Below, one piece after another: positions 49,397 to 62,651 of a DNA stretch of 64,000 nucleotides (the first letter of the stretch is position 1; each line of letters opens with the position of its first letter). The DNA is from an uncultured Spirochaetota bacterium (GTDB taxonomy: Bacteria > Spirochaetota > Spirochaetia > JAFGXN01), in NCBI GenBank assembly GCA_944390005.1, contig CALXOJ010000006.1:4152-68151 (forward strand). The letters are read 5' to 3'. The translations under genes and the position numbers were made by a program. Below the pieces are notes generated by a model that did no database searches, had not been told where the DNA came from, and saw only the letters and a list, made by a program, of their open reading frames with translations.

Positions 49397-50268
49397 AAAA
49401 GTCGTTTTTCTTCTTTTTATTTGTACCGATAACGCTCTTTGCCGCCGATTATCAAATCGAACAGATCTCGTTTTATCCCGAACCAATTTACATCGGAGAC
49501 GAAGTCACTTGCCGGGTTGAAATTCGAAAAAGTGTCGACGATTTGTGCGAAAATCCGTCGGAGCCGCTGCCGGTCGGAGATCATTTTCGATTTACGGATA
49601 TTTCGGTGGAGGATGCGGGAGAGTACGCCTTCATCGATATTCGATTTGCGCCGTATACTGTCGGAATTTTTTATTTACCGGAAATTCGTTGCGGTCAGTT
49701 CAATGTAACGGGAATTCGCGTCAATGTGCACTCTTTGAAAGAGAAAGATGCTTCTTTTTCGGAAATGGCTCCTGCTTCGGTTTATCGTCTGAGAGGATTT
49801 TATGGCGCAACTGTTATCATCGCTTGCGTTTTTATGATTTTTTCTGTTGTCGGATTTATGTTTTTCCCGTTATGGGGTGTTCGGATAAAGCGACGTTTAA
49901 GCCGGCTGTTTCGCCGCAATCCGTTTAAGACATTTTCGGCGGCTTGTCGAAATTGGGAGAGAAATATAGAATCAATCGATTCAAAACAGTTGTATGATGA
50001 AATGACAGACGGATTTCGATTGTATCTGACGCAGCGGACCGGAGAAAATTTTTTCAGTGTGACAACGCGTGCTTTTCCCGACAGAATGGCTGCTTATTTA
50101 ATTGATTCGGATTTGAGAGAAAAAACTTTTGAAATTTTAAAACACAGTGATACAGTTCGTTTCGGCGGCAGTACGGAAGGGATTTTAAGAGAAAAAAGAG
50201 ATTTAACTGAAATTCGGGAGATTGTTTGTCAGATAGAAGAATTTTTTAACAAAAGGAGAATCAAATGA
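49393..50268 (+). CDS. Bat-operon hypothetical membrane protein
   Basis: A signal peptide and one internal TM helix. It lies between DUF58 and batA, as in Bacteroides/Leptospira bat loci. Confidence 0.45.
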   Translation: MKKSFFFFLFVPITLFAADYQIEQISFYPEPIYIGDEVTCRVEIRKSVDDLCENPSEPLPVGDHFRFTDISVEDAGEYAFIDIRFAPYTVGIFYLPEIRCGQFNVTGIRVNVHSLKEKDASFSEMAPASVYRLRGFYGATVIIACVFMIFSVVGFMFFPLWGVRIKRRLSRLFRRNPFKTFSAACRNWERNIESIDSKQLYDEMTDGFRLYLTQRTGENFFSVTTRAFPDRMAAYLIDSDLREKTFEILKHSDTVRFGGSTEGILREKRDLTEIREIVCQIEEFFNKRRIK

Positions 50269-51269
50269 TTTCTTTGGAACATCCTGTTTTTTTGATTTTC
50301 TTTTTGTTTATTCCCCTCGGAATTTATTTGCGTTACTATTGGCGAAAAAGAGGCGGTCGTATTACATTCAGTATCGGGGTCGGACCGACGAGAAAAACGT
50401 TGTTTAAACCTCATCAAAAAGATGTTCAGATATTTTGGTTTTTGGGAGAAGTTTTTTATTGGCTGACGTTGTTATGCGTCGTGATGTCGTTGACAGGAAT
50501 CACATATATTAAAAGCAAGCGGGTTTACCTCAATCGCGGAACAGACATTATCTTCGTGTTGGACGAATCTCCGAGTATGAGCGCAAAAGATTATTCCGGC
50601 AATCGTTTTGAAACCGCTTGCCGCGTGATAGGTGAATTTATCGAATCACGAGAAAACGATTCCGTCGGATTGGTTTCCGTCGGAGAACAGGCGGTTCTCA
50701 GAATTCCATTGACGATGGATTATCGTTTTTTTAACGAACGGCTTGCTTCACTCCAAGTCGGTACTCTTGGAAACGGAACGGCTTTAGGGCGAGGAATTTC
50801 TTTGGCAGCCGTTCATTTAAAAGACAGTCCAGCGGCGCAAAAGACAATCATTTTGCTTACCGACGGGGAAAATACCGATACATTAATTTCTCCGTTTGCG
50901 GCAGTTGAAGCAATCGAAGAACTCGGAATCCGATTATATACGGTCGGAATCGGTACTTTAGGAAATGTCGAATTCGAATATTTTGACCCCGAAGAAAGGA
51001 AAATTGTAACCGGCATTTTAGAAAGCCGTTGTGATGACGAATTGTTGAAAGCATTGGCTGAAAAGACCGGCGGCAAATTTTATTCGGCAGCTTCAGTCAG
51101 AAGCCTTTCGGACGCGTTGAAGAGAATAGAATCACTTGAATTGACAAGTAAGTCTGTCAAAATAGAGCGAGAGCTGACAAATTTATCGCATTTTTTAAAC
51201 ATCGTCGCCATCTTCTGTTTTTTGATTTCGTTTTTTATTAAGAAATCGATTTTAAAGGAGTTATTGTGA
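50265..51269 (+). CDS. batA: Aerotolerance protein BatA (vWA, MIDAS)
   Basis: An N-terminal TM helix and the MIDAS motif IIFVLDESPSMSAKD. Confidence 0.75.
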   Translation: MISLEHPVFLIFFLFIPLGIYLRYYWRKRGGRITFSIGVGPTRKTLFKPHQKDVQIFWFLGEVFYWLTLLCVVMSLTGITYIKSKRVYLNRGTDIIFVLDESPSMSAKDYSGNRFETACRVIGEFIESRENDSVGLVSVGEQAVLRIPLTMDYRFFNERLASLQVGTLGNGTALGRGISLAAVHLKDSPAAQKTIILLTDGENTDTLISPFAAVEAIEELGIRLYTVGIGTLGNVEFEYFDPEERKIVTGILESRCDDELLKALAEKTGGKFYSAASVRSLSDALKRIESLELTSKSVKIERELTNLSHFLNIVAIFCFLISFFIKKSILKELL

Positions 51270-52243
51270 CATTTTCTTATCCATTGTTCCTTTTGTTATT
51301 GCTCTTCTTAATTCCGATTGCGGCGATTTCGGCGGCAAATGTCCGAAATATTTTTTCCCGCTCAGCGGCTTTTACCGGCAACCAAAATTTATCGGATAAA
51401 GCTTTTTTAAAAGTGGTCTTCATTGGGTTTGCTGAAGGAATTGCTTTTATTTTTCTTGTCATTGCGGCAGCACAACCGTCTTGGGGTAAAAAATATGCGC
51501 AAGAGGAGAGTGTTTTCACAGATGTGGCGTTTGTCATTGACATTTCCCGTTCAATGACAATGAATGATGTGCAGCCGTCAAGATTGGATTATGCCGCATC
51601 CGTTGTTCGGCTGCTGCTTTCGGAAGATCCGCAGTTTCGTTATTCTTTGACGGTTATTAAAGGCGGTGCATTTGAATTGGTTCCGATGACGGATGATCGG
51701 GAGGCTGTACGTTTGGCTTGCGGCGCTTTGTCCCCCGATTTAACGACTTCGATCGGGACAGATTTGGGAGAAAGTTTGCAGAATTTGGACACTATTTTCC
51801 CTCAAAATATGAAAACCGAGAAGATTGTTTTTTTGTTGACTGACGGAGTGGGCGGAATCAATGGACGCCGCGCTTTATGTGAAAAATGGAAAGAACAAAA
51901 TATAACAGTTTATACAGTCTGCATCGGAACTGAAACCGAAGAGCCGCTGAAAGACCGTTTCGGTTCACCTGTTTTATATCAAAATCGCCCCGTAGCGGTT
52001 CCCGCTGAATCCGCCGATTTGCAAATCATTGCTGCCGAAACAGGCGGACTCTTCTTTTCAAGCGAAGAAAAAACTGCCATCAGCCAAATGCGGCGGGTAC
52101 TCTTGGAAAGAAACGGTCGGCTTGAGAAAAAAAGTTATTCAGCCGGAAATAGAGATGATTCCGCCTGGTTTTCTTTCGCTGCGTTTCTTTGTCTTGGTAT
52201 AGGATATGCATTGAGGGTATTTTTATGGCGAAAGTATATCTGA
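51266..52243 (+). CDS. batB: Aerotolerance protein BatB (vWA)
   Basis: MIDAS motif VAFVIDISRSMTMND, with TM helices at both ends. Confidence 0.75.
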   Translation: MTFSYPLFLLLLLFLIPIAAISAANVRNIFSRSAAFTGNQNLSDKAFLKVVFIGFAEGIAFIFLVIAAAQPSWGKKYAQEESVFTDVAFVIDISRSMTMNDVQPSRLDYAASVVRLLLSEDPQFRYSLTVIKGGAFELVPMTDDREAVRLACGALSPDLTTSIGTDLGESLQNLDTIFPQNMKTEKIVFLLTDGVGGINGRRALCEKWKEQNITVYTVCIGTETEEPLKDRFGSPVLYQNRPVAVPAESADLQIIAAETGGLFFSSEEKTAISQMRRVLLERNGRLEKKSYSAGNRDDSAWFSFAAFLCLGIGYALRVFLWRKYI

Positions 52244-52818
52244 AAACAATATTATTCTGCTTTTTTTTGATATTATGCGGATGCGAAAATGTAGCGGCGG
52301 TGTATCATATTACGTTAGGCAATTTTTATTTTTTTAATGATCGATTGCAGGAAGCCGATTATCAGTATTCGCAAGCTATGTCGCACGAAGCTTACCGCGA
52401 TATTGCGGTTTATAACAGAGGAACGGTGTATTTTCATCTGGGAGAAGCACGGGCGGCAATGGAAGTGTGGGATCAGTTCCAATCAAGAAATCGCAAAACG
52501 CTTGATTATCGATATTATTATAACCGAGCTTTATTAAAGTATGAATCAGGAGATTATCAAGGTGCTTTTCTTGATTTAAAGCAGGCGTTAATCATTAACC
52601 CCGACGGACAAAGCGCAAAAATTTGCATGGAATCGGTTTTAGAGCGACTTGCACCTGCGGTAAACAAAGAGACAATTCGTCAAACGCAGACACACCGGGA
52701 GGACCGTTCTCTCAGCGACGCTTCTCGGAGAATTTTTGATTACATTAAACGAAACGAGGTGTTCGAATGGGATGCGCAAAATATGCAAAAACCGGAGTCG
52801 GATTTGCGGGATTGGTAA
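52225..52818 (+). CDS. batC: TPR-repeat protein BatC
   Basis: TPR-like helical repeats, a lipobox CGCEN, and its position after batB. Confidence 0.55.
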   Translation: MAKVYLKTILFCFFLILCGCENVAAVYHITLGNFYFFNDRLQEADYQYSQAMSHEAYRDIAVYNRGTVYFHLGEARAAMEVWDQFQSRNRKTLDYRYYYNRALLKYESGDYQGAFLDLKQALIINPDGQSAKICMESVLERLAPAVNKETIRQTQTHREDRSLSDASRRIFDYIKRNEVFEWDAQNMQKPESDLRDW

Positions 52819-54857
52819 CGCTTTTTTTTGTTTTTTCAACCGTTTCGTTGTATGCTTCGAGTGAATTGCGGCCTGAGTTGAGTTCGGATACCGTATTGGT
52901 CGGCAGTGGATTGACGTGGTCGTTGTACATTTCCGATACATCAGATCCTGATTCGGTTTCGATTATTGAAGTTCCTCAAATGGAAGGAGGAGTTTTGACT
53001 TCTCCGCCTGATATCAGAGAGAATTATGTCGGAATCGACGGGAAAAATGTTCAAAAAGGAGTCGTTGTCGTTTGTGTTTTTCATCCGAATGAGGCGGGAA
53101 TTAAGAAAATCGGAAAAGCGGTCTTTCAAGTCGGGCAAACACGGACGATTGTTGCGGAAGAGAAAGCTGTTGAGGTTCAAATTCGTCATCACGGAAAAGC
53201 TGTTTTGCCCCCTCAAATTGAACTGAAGCCTAATAAGACGGTCGTTTATGAGGGTGAGTCAATTCTCGTACAATTGATTTTAAAAGAACGACGGATAGCG
53301 GAATTGCCCCGTCGGATAGAAATGGAACTTCCGGAAAATGATTTATTTGAGGAAGTGAAGGGGACAGATCCGATTCAAAGATACCAAATTGCCGACATGA
53401 CGGTTTTTGATTTGCCGTTGGCAGTCTTTTTTTACACACCGACAGCCGTTGGGAAAATAAGGATGCCGTCGGTTTCGGTCGCTTTTGACGAATTTGGAAA
53501 GGTTTCTACGCCTTCGAAAGAAATTGAAGTTTTACCTCTTCCGGCGCTTGCGAAACAAAACGGAGCCGTCGGCGATTTTTCTTTTTCTGTCTTTCATGAG
53601 AAAAAAAAGCTGTCAGAAGGAGATTTTTTGGACATCGATTTGGTTTTGGAAGGGCGAGGTAATTTCGGTCAATTAACATTTCCTTCGCTGAAAACATCGA
53701 ATTTGTCGGAGGTTGAGCAGAAAACGGAAGATCTTTGGCGGCGCGACGGCGATCGATTCTCCGGCGTACAGCGAATTCAATACCGGTTTGTGGTTGAAAA
53801 AGGAGGAATCCCCGTTGTTTTTTCCGTTCCTGAGTGGGGATGGTTTTCGCCGACTCAAAAACGAGTTGTCAAAAGCAACGGCGTGTTCGTTTCCATTCCG
53901 ACTGACGCTGTCGATGAAGTTCCCGAAGAACATTTTTTTGCGGAATCCTATCAGCCTTTTTCGCCTTCTCTTGTGGAAAATAATCGTGAATACAATCCGA
54001 TGATCAGTCCGTTTTCGGGTGTTGTTTTTCTTCCCGGGGTTTTATTGCTGATTTTTTTTGCGGTTTTTATTATCGTACGGCGAAAAAAATTCGGAAGAAT
54101 CGGACTTTCGCTTCTCGTTGTCTTTTCCTTTTTTCTTTTGATGTCGTTTCTTATTGCCGAATCGGATTCTGCCGAAAAGCCGGAAGGATTAACCGACAAA
54201 GAATTGAATTCGGTTGATGTGCTGAATGAAGCGCAGGCTGCCTTTGAATCAAAAGATTTCGAACGCGCTGCGGCGTTGTGGGAATTTTGGGAGATTCAAA
54301 CAGAAAATGACCGTAACTCCCGTCTCTGTTTTAATCGTGCTTTGGCTGCGGTTCGCGGAGATCTTCCCGAAGCAGTTTTCCAAATTCGGAAAGCGATTTC
54401 TTTAAAGCCGTTGGATTCTGTTTACCGTAAATTTTATGAAGAATTGAAAGATGAATACGGCTTGCAATATTCAGTGAAGACTGTTCCTGCGGTCTCGGCT
54501 CTTATTGCATTCATTTGCGCCGGAATCGCCTTCAATTTGGCTGTTTTATTTTTGGTATTGTCCGTTCTTTTGAAAAAGAGAAGTCTTTCGATTGCTGTTG
54601 TAACTTGGCTGGCGATATTGACCGTTTCAATGGGATTTTTAATTCTTTATGTATCGGCACAAGTGAAAAAAAATGCGATTCTGACGGAATCCGCATTTTT
54701 GCTGAAAACCCCCCGACCGTATTCTTCAGGCATTTTGGAAATGCCTCTCGGAACAACCGTCGCAGTCTTGGGGGAAACAGAAGAATTTCTTATTGTTCGC
54801 AATGATTTGGGTATTACAGGATGGATTGAAAAATCAAAAACCAAGGCAGATTTTTGA
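52767..54857 (+). CDS. batD: BatD-like protein fused to a C-terminal TPR region and SH3b-like domain (BatD/BatE fusion)
   Basis: A BatD-type beta-rich ectodomain, a TM helix, a TPR segment (AQAAFESKDFERAAALWEFW...), two further TM helices and an SH3b-like tail (ITGWIEKSK). Confidence 0.5.
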   Translation: MGCAKYAKTGVGFAGLVTLFFVFSTVSLYASSELRPELSSDTVLVGSGLTWSLYISDTSDPDSVSIIEVPQMEGGVLTSPPDIRENYVGIDGKNVQKGVVVVCVFHPNEAGIKKIGKAVFQVGQTRTIVAEEKAVEVQIRHHGKAVLPPQIELKPNKTVVYEGESILVQLILKERRIAELPRRIEMELPENDLFEEVKGTDPIQRYQIADMTVFDLPLAVFFYTPTAVGKIRMPSVSVAFDEFGKVSTPSKEIEVLPLPALAKQNGAVGDFSFSVFHEKKKLSEGDFLDIDLVLEGRGNFGQLTFPSLKTSNLSEVEQKTEDLWRRDGDRFSGVQRIQYRFVVEKGGIPVVFSVPEWGWFSPTQKRVVKSNGVFVSIPTDAVDEVPEEHFFAESYQPFSPSLVENNREYNPMISPFSGVVFLPGVLLLIFFAVFIIVRRKKFGRIGLSLLVVFSFFLLMSFLIAESDSAEKPEGLTDKELNSVDVLNEAQAAFESKDFERAAALWEFWEIQTENDRNSRLCFNRALAAVRGDLPEAVFQIRKAISLKPLDSVYRKFYEELKDEYGLQYSVKTVPAVSALIAFICAGIAFNLAVLFLVLSVLLKKRSLSIAVVTWLAILTVSMGFLILYVSAQVKKNAILTESAFLLKTPRPYSSGILEMPLGTTVAVLGETEEFLIVRNDLGITGWIEKSKTKADF

Positions 54858-54858
54858 T

Positions 54859-55080
54859 TTATCGTTCCCGGTAAATGATTCGGCCGCGCGTCAAATCATA
54901 GGGAGAAAGAGCTACTTTTACTTTATCCCCGGGAACAATTTTAATAAAATTCTTTCGCATCTTTCCGGAGAGATGCGCCAAAATGACAGCACCTGTTTGC
55001 TCTAATTCCACTTTAAAAGTCGTATTCGGTAAAGATTCTTTGACTTTTCCTTCGACTTCAATAGGATCTTCTTTTACCAC
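54859..55080 (-). CDS. infA: Translation initiation factor IF-1
   Basis: Near-full identity to the IF-1 blocks ([39 protein letters not shown]). GTG is the likely start, preceded by a GAGAGGAG RBS. The ORF-track ATG extension adds 12 non-conserved residues. Confidence 0.8.
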   Translation of the reverse strand: MVKEDPIEVEGKVKESLPNTTFKVELEQTGAVILAHLSGKMRKNFIKIVPGDKVKVALSPYDLTRGRIIYRER

Positions 55081-55207
55081 GATAACTCCTCTCAATCCAT
55101 GACAAAGATATTTCATATAGTACGGAATTAAAAATTAAATGTCAACGGGTTGTCTAATTTGTTATTTTCGTTTATTGTTGTATATCAATTTTAGAGCGAG
55201 GTTTTCC

Positions 55208-55570
55208 ATGGGTGACGCCTTTTTGGAAGAAATGGAACAGCTTCTTTGTACGCAGGAAGAAGAAATTATCAGGAATTTAATTTCCGAAAACGAGTCCTAC
55301 GAGAGTTTAATTAACGATATAGTCCCAAAAGATAATGCCGATCAGGCTTCGGGCGATATTGACAGTAAAGTTTTGGATGTTGTTGTGCGCCGGGAATTGC
55401 AGAAGTTGAATCAGGTTCGGAATGCGATTGCCCGCATCAAATCCAATCATTACGGAATTTGCATCCGTTGCGGAAATAAAATTTCACAAGATCGGCTGCG
55501 GGCTATTCCGTATGCGACAGTTTGTATGGATTGTAAAACTGCCATGGAAAAGAATTCCGCAGCAAAATAA
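55208..55570 (+). CDS. DksA/TraR-family C4 zinc-finger protein
   Basis: A C-terminal CIRCGNKIS...CMDCK four-Cys finger with a coiled-coil N-terminus. Confidence 0.6.
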   Translation: MGDAFLEEMEQLLCTQEEEIIRNLISENESYESLINDIVPKDNADQASGDIDSKVLDVVVRRELQKLNQVRNAIARIKSNHYGICIRCGNKISQDRLRAIPYATVCMDCKTAMEKNSAAK

Positions 55571-55572
55571 CA

Positions 55573-56478
55573 ATGCCTCTGTTTTCTTTGGCAATTTTTA
55601 CAGCGATTGTTTTTTTTATCGCTGTGCCGACTTTTCTTTTCCTTTACTCTTTGATTGAATACCGCAAAATCCGCCGAATTGTTATTCGGTCAACATCCGC
55701 GCAATTTCTTTCCGAAGATATGAAGAAAGGAGATTATTGCCGTCTTTTCGGACAATTTGACGGATTTAAAGATGATGATGAAATTTGGATTCAAACGGAT
55801 CAGGCGCTTGTCAAAGTCAAAATGAGGCACGGAAAAGTCATTTTTTTGCCTGAACGTGTAAATGAAATTCCGTCTGGGTTTTTCGGTGTTCGAATTCCCG
55901 GGTCTTTAAAGATTTTAAAATGGAAAAAAATAAATAACCTGGAATTTAAAACCAAAATTTTCCTTTTTGGAGAAATTCAAAAAGCAGACGGCGTTTATGT
56001 CTTTGATGCGAGCGATCCGAAGACACTGCTTGTTCTTTATGAAGGAGTCCCTGAAGATATCGATAAGGAATTGGTTGTTCAGTCAAAAAATCGATATACG
56101 TATTTTCAATCGCCGTCGCTGTCGGCTTTGTTTATCGGTTCTTTGATGATGTGTTTGATTTCTATTCTTGAATATCAATTTTCCGGGTTTTCATTCATGT
56201 TTTTTTTGTATTTATTAACGGCTTTTGTTCCCGTTTTGTTTTTTGCGCCGCCCGGATGTCTTTTTTTGCTGTTATCGTACCGTTTAAAATACAAAATTTT
56301 TCTTTTACGGCATGATTATTATTTTCATTATTTTAATTCGAAAAGGTCGGAGTCCGATACACGACGGTATTGGAAAAAGTTGTGGATTTTTGAGATTGCC
56401 GGCGTTACAACAGCGGTTTTAGCCGGCGTTATCAATTTTTTTCTCTATTTGGGGATGGTTTATTTTTTGGTTCCGTAA
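55573..56478 (+). CDS. Hypothetical polytopic membrane protein, co-operonic with the dksA-like gene
   Basis: Only a 2-nt gap after the dksA-like gene. Several TM helices and no domain match. Confidence 0.4.
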   Translation: MPLFSLAIFTAIVFFIAVPTFLFLYSLIEYRKIRRIVIRSTSAQFLSEDMKKGDYCRLFGQFDGFKDDDEIWIQTDQALVKVKMRHGKVIFLPERVNEIPSGFFGVRIPGSLKILKWKKINNLEFKTKIFLFGEIQKADGVYVFDASDPKTLLVLYEGVPEDIDKELVVQSKNRYTYFQSPSLSALFIGSLMMCLISILEYQFSGFSFMFFLYLLTAFVPVLFFAPPGCLFLLLSYRLKYKIFLLRHDYYFHYFNSKRSESDTRRYWKKLWIFEIAGVTTAVLAGVINFFLYLGMVYFLVP

Positions 56479-56942
56479 GAAACCGTCAGTTTTTTCCCGT
56501 TCAAAACGGTTCCGTTGACTTCTTTGATGGCCCGTTCGGCTTCGGTTTCATCAATTTCAATGAAAGAAAATGCCGGCAATACGCGCGCGGCGGCGATTTT
56601 TGTCAGAGGAATATCTAAAACTTTTCCAAAATGTTTCATTAAAGCGTCGGAAGAAATACGATTTCGTTTGCCGCATCCGACGAATAAATTGACGAATCCT
56701 TCCGGCGTCGTTTTTTTTGTCGTTTTGCGCGGCTGCGTTTTTGAATCGGATACCTCATCGGATGCGGCTTGCATTAAAAGCCACGCGGCCGCATAACGGC
56801 GGTATCGAAACGGAATTTGTTTTTTAACGACCTTTACCGCATCGGCAAGCAATTCCGGTTGGCTGCACATACGAAGAGCTTTTGCCGTTTCCGCAGCCTT
56901 TTGAGCAACAGATTCGATAATGATTTCATTTTTTTCCTTCAT
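56460..56942 (-). CDS. Small protein with a C-terminal DbpA-type RNA-binding domain
   Basis: GFVNLFVGCGKRNRISSDALMKHFGKVLDIPLTKIAAARVLPAFSFIEIDETEAERAIKEVNGTVLNGKKLTVS matches the DbpA RBD pattern. There is no helicase core. Confidence 0.45.
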   Translation of the reverse strand: MKEKNEIIIESVAQKAAETAKALRMCSQPELLADAVKVVKKQIPFRYRRYAAAWLLMQAASDEVSDSKTQPRKTTKKTTPEGFVNLFVGCGKRNRISSDALMKHFGKVLDIPLTKIAAARVLPAFSFIEIDETEAERAIKEVNGTVLNGKKLTVSYGTKK

Positions 56943-57056
56943 GACTTTTTTTATCTTTTTTTTTGAGTTCTGTCAACGTTTGGGATTTTTACTTATCGTT
57001 TTCTCTGCAAGCGTAAAATATTTTATTTTAAAGAGAATTTTTTATTGTGAAAAATT

Positions 57057-57085
57057 TGACAACTTGTCTTTTCTGTTATAAAATA
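57057..57085 (+). promoter_or_regulatory. Putative sigma70 promoter (TTGACA, 17-nt spacer, TAAAAT) for the OmpA-family gene and era
   Basis: Hexamer match just upstream of the ATG at 57091. Confidence 0.35.
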
Positions 57086-57090
57086 ACAGT

Positions 57091-58296
57091 ATGAAAAATT
57101 TACTTCTTTCATTTATGCTAACCATTTTTACTGTTGCCGGATTTTCACAGGAATTGAAATTTCAGTTGGAACCGCGCAAACAGTATAAAGAGGTGAAAAC
57201 AATCAACGAAAGCGTTTACCTGAACGGAGAATTTTCACACTCTGCGACTATCAGTGAAAAAACGGCGTCGCTGGTGTTGGAGAGGGAGGACGATCGGGCG
57301 CTTGTCCGCACATCGGTGACGGATTCTGTGTACAAAGCGATTTTTGGAGAAATCAGCGGACTGGTTCTTGATTCCTCAAGAGAATTCGATTATTATCGCG
57401 ATGATTTCGGAAATATCGAAATGGTGAGTGATTCGGTTTTTCCGGTTTTGCGCAATATTCCCGTTTTTCCCAATGCTCAGGAACCCCTGACAGTCGGTCA
57501 AAAATGGTACAACCGCGCACAGGAAAGTCATGACTTGAAAGAATTTTTCGGAATTGAAGAGCCGTTGATGTTTCCTGTTGCTGTCGAGAACGAGTTTCTT
57601 GGCCGCCGCGAATTCAACGGCCGCGACTGCTATGCCATTTCGATTAAATACAACATTTATCATAAACCGGAATCGATGAAAAGTATTTACAATGCTTATC
57701 CGGTTAAAATCACCGGATTTTCCAAGAGAATTGTTTATTGGGATGACTCCATCGGTCTTCCGGCAGGAAGCGACGAAACATTCAGCATCGTTTTCGAAAT
57801 GTCAGACGGACAAATTCTCGAATATAAAGGAGAGGCTCACTCCAAAACGACGCAAACGCGAATTTTAACGGAAGAAGAATTTGTCGGCGTCAAAAATGCG
57901 TTGGAAGATGAAATTACAAAGGTTGAGCAAACCGAAGAAGGTATTCATATTACCTTAGAAAACATTCAGTTTACGGCGGAGTCATCTGCCCTGATGCCGC
58001 AGGAGCGGACGAGGTTGGATGCGGTGGCAGAACAATTGAAAGAGTTCCAGGATCGGGATATTGTGATTGTCGGACACACAGCGATGGCGGGAACGGAAGA
58101 GGGGCGGTACCAACTCTCCGAACGGCGTGCGTCCGTCGTTTTTGATTATCTGACCGAAAAAGGAGCTTTTGGAGCAGCTCAGAATATCGTATTGGTACCG
58201 ATGGGCGCTAAGCAGCCGCATCCCGAAGGAAACAATTCAACGCCGGAGGGAATGGCGAAAAATCGCCGTGTTGAAATTATCATTCAGAACAATTAG
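57091..58296 (+). CDS. OmpA-family protein (N-terminal unknown domain plus C-terminal OmpA-like peptidoglycan-binding domain)
   Basis: C-terminal blocks DIVIVGHTAMAGTEEGRYQLSERRASVVFDYL and NRRVEII, with a signal peptide. Confidence 0.65.
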   Translation: MKNLLLSFMLTIFTVAGFSQELKFQLEPRKQYKEVKTINESVYLNGEFSHSATISEKTASLVLEREDDRALVRTSVTDSVYKAIFGEISGLVLDSSREFDYYRDDFGNIEMVSDSVFPVLRNIPVFPNAQEPLTVGQKWYNRAQESHDLKEFFGIEEPLMFPVAVENEFLGRREFNGRDCYAISIKYNIYHKPESMKSIYNAYPVKITGFSKRIVYWDDSIGLPAGSDETFSIVFEMSDGQILEYKGEAHSKTTQTRILTEEEFVGVKNALEDEITKVEQTEEGIHITLENIQFTAESSALMPQERTRLDAVAEQLKEFQDRDIVIVGHTAMAGTEEGRYQLSERRASVVFDYLTEKGAFGAAQNIVLVPMGAKQPHPEGNNSTPEGMAKNRRVEIIIQNN

Positions 58297-62345
<4,049 letters not shown>

Positions 62346-62364
62346 AGGCTAATAAAAGCCGCAC

Positions 62365-62392
62365 AGCCGGGTTCGAAGAACCCGGCTTTTTT
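62365..62392 (+). terminator. Rho-independent terminator after lacZ (AGCCGGGTTC-GAA-GAACCCGGCT followed by T7)
   Basis: Hairpin followed by a T-run. Confidence 0.65.
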
Positions 62393-62421
62393 TTGCCCGA
62401 CGAATTGTCGGGCAAAAAAGA

Positions 62422-62444
62422 GCCCTTCCCGAAGGGAAGGGCTT
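62422..62444 (-). terminator. Rho-independent terminator downstream of tRNA-Leu (AGCCCTTCCC-TTCG-GGAAGGGCT followed by CTTTTTT)
   Basis: Read on the minus strand. Together with the plus-strand terminator it forms a bidirectional cluster. Confidence 0.55.
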
Positions 62445-62526
62445 TGCGGCTGACTGGACTTGAACCAGCATGAGTCGCCTCACCAGAACCTGAATCTGGC
62501 GTGTCTGCCAATTTCACCACAGCCGC
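62445..62526 (-). tRNA. tRNA-Leu (anticodon CAG), class II with a long variable arm
   Basis: The acceptor is GCGGCTG/CAGCCGC, the anticodon loop is TTCAGGT, the variable arm is about 15 nt, and the T-loop is TTCAAGT. Confidence 0.65.
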
Positions 62527-62535
62527 ATTTTCGAT

Positions 62536-62564
62536 ATAATAGAAGAAAATTCGTCTTCTGTCAA
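62536..62564 (-). promoter_or_regulatory. Sigma70 promoter for tRNA-Leu (TTGACA, 17-nt spacer, TATTAT)
   Basis: Consensus -35, a good -10, and 8 nt to the tRNA 5' end. Confidence 0.5.
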
Positions 62565-62651
62565 GCATCTTTTAACAACAAACACATTAATCGAAAATTT
62601 TATGAGTGCTCGGACGGTTGACTTTTTTATCAAAAAAAGTATCCTAATCTG

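Noticed and set aside
54859-55116. An 85-aa IF-1 ORF starting at ATG ([13 protein letters not shown]...)
   Set aside because: The first 12 residues have no IF-1 counterpart. A GTG preceded by GAGAGGAG gives a canonical 73-aa IF-1, so the shorter model was annotated.
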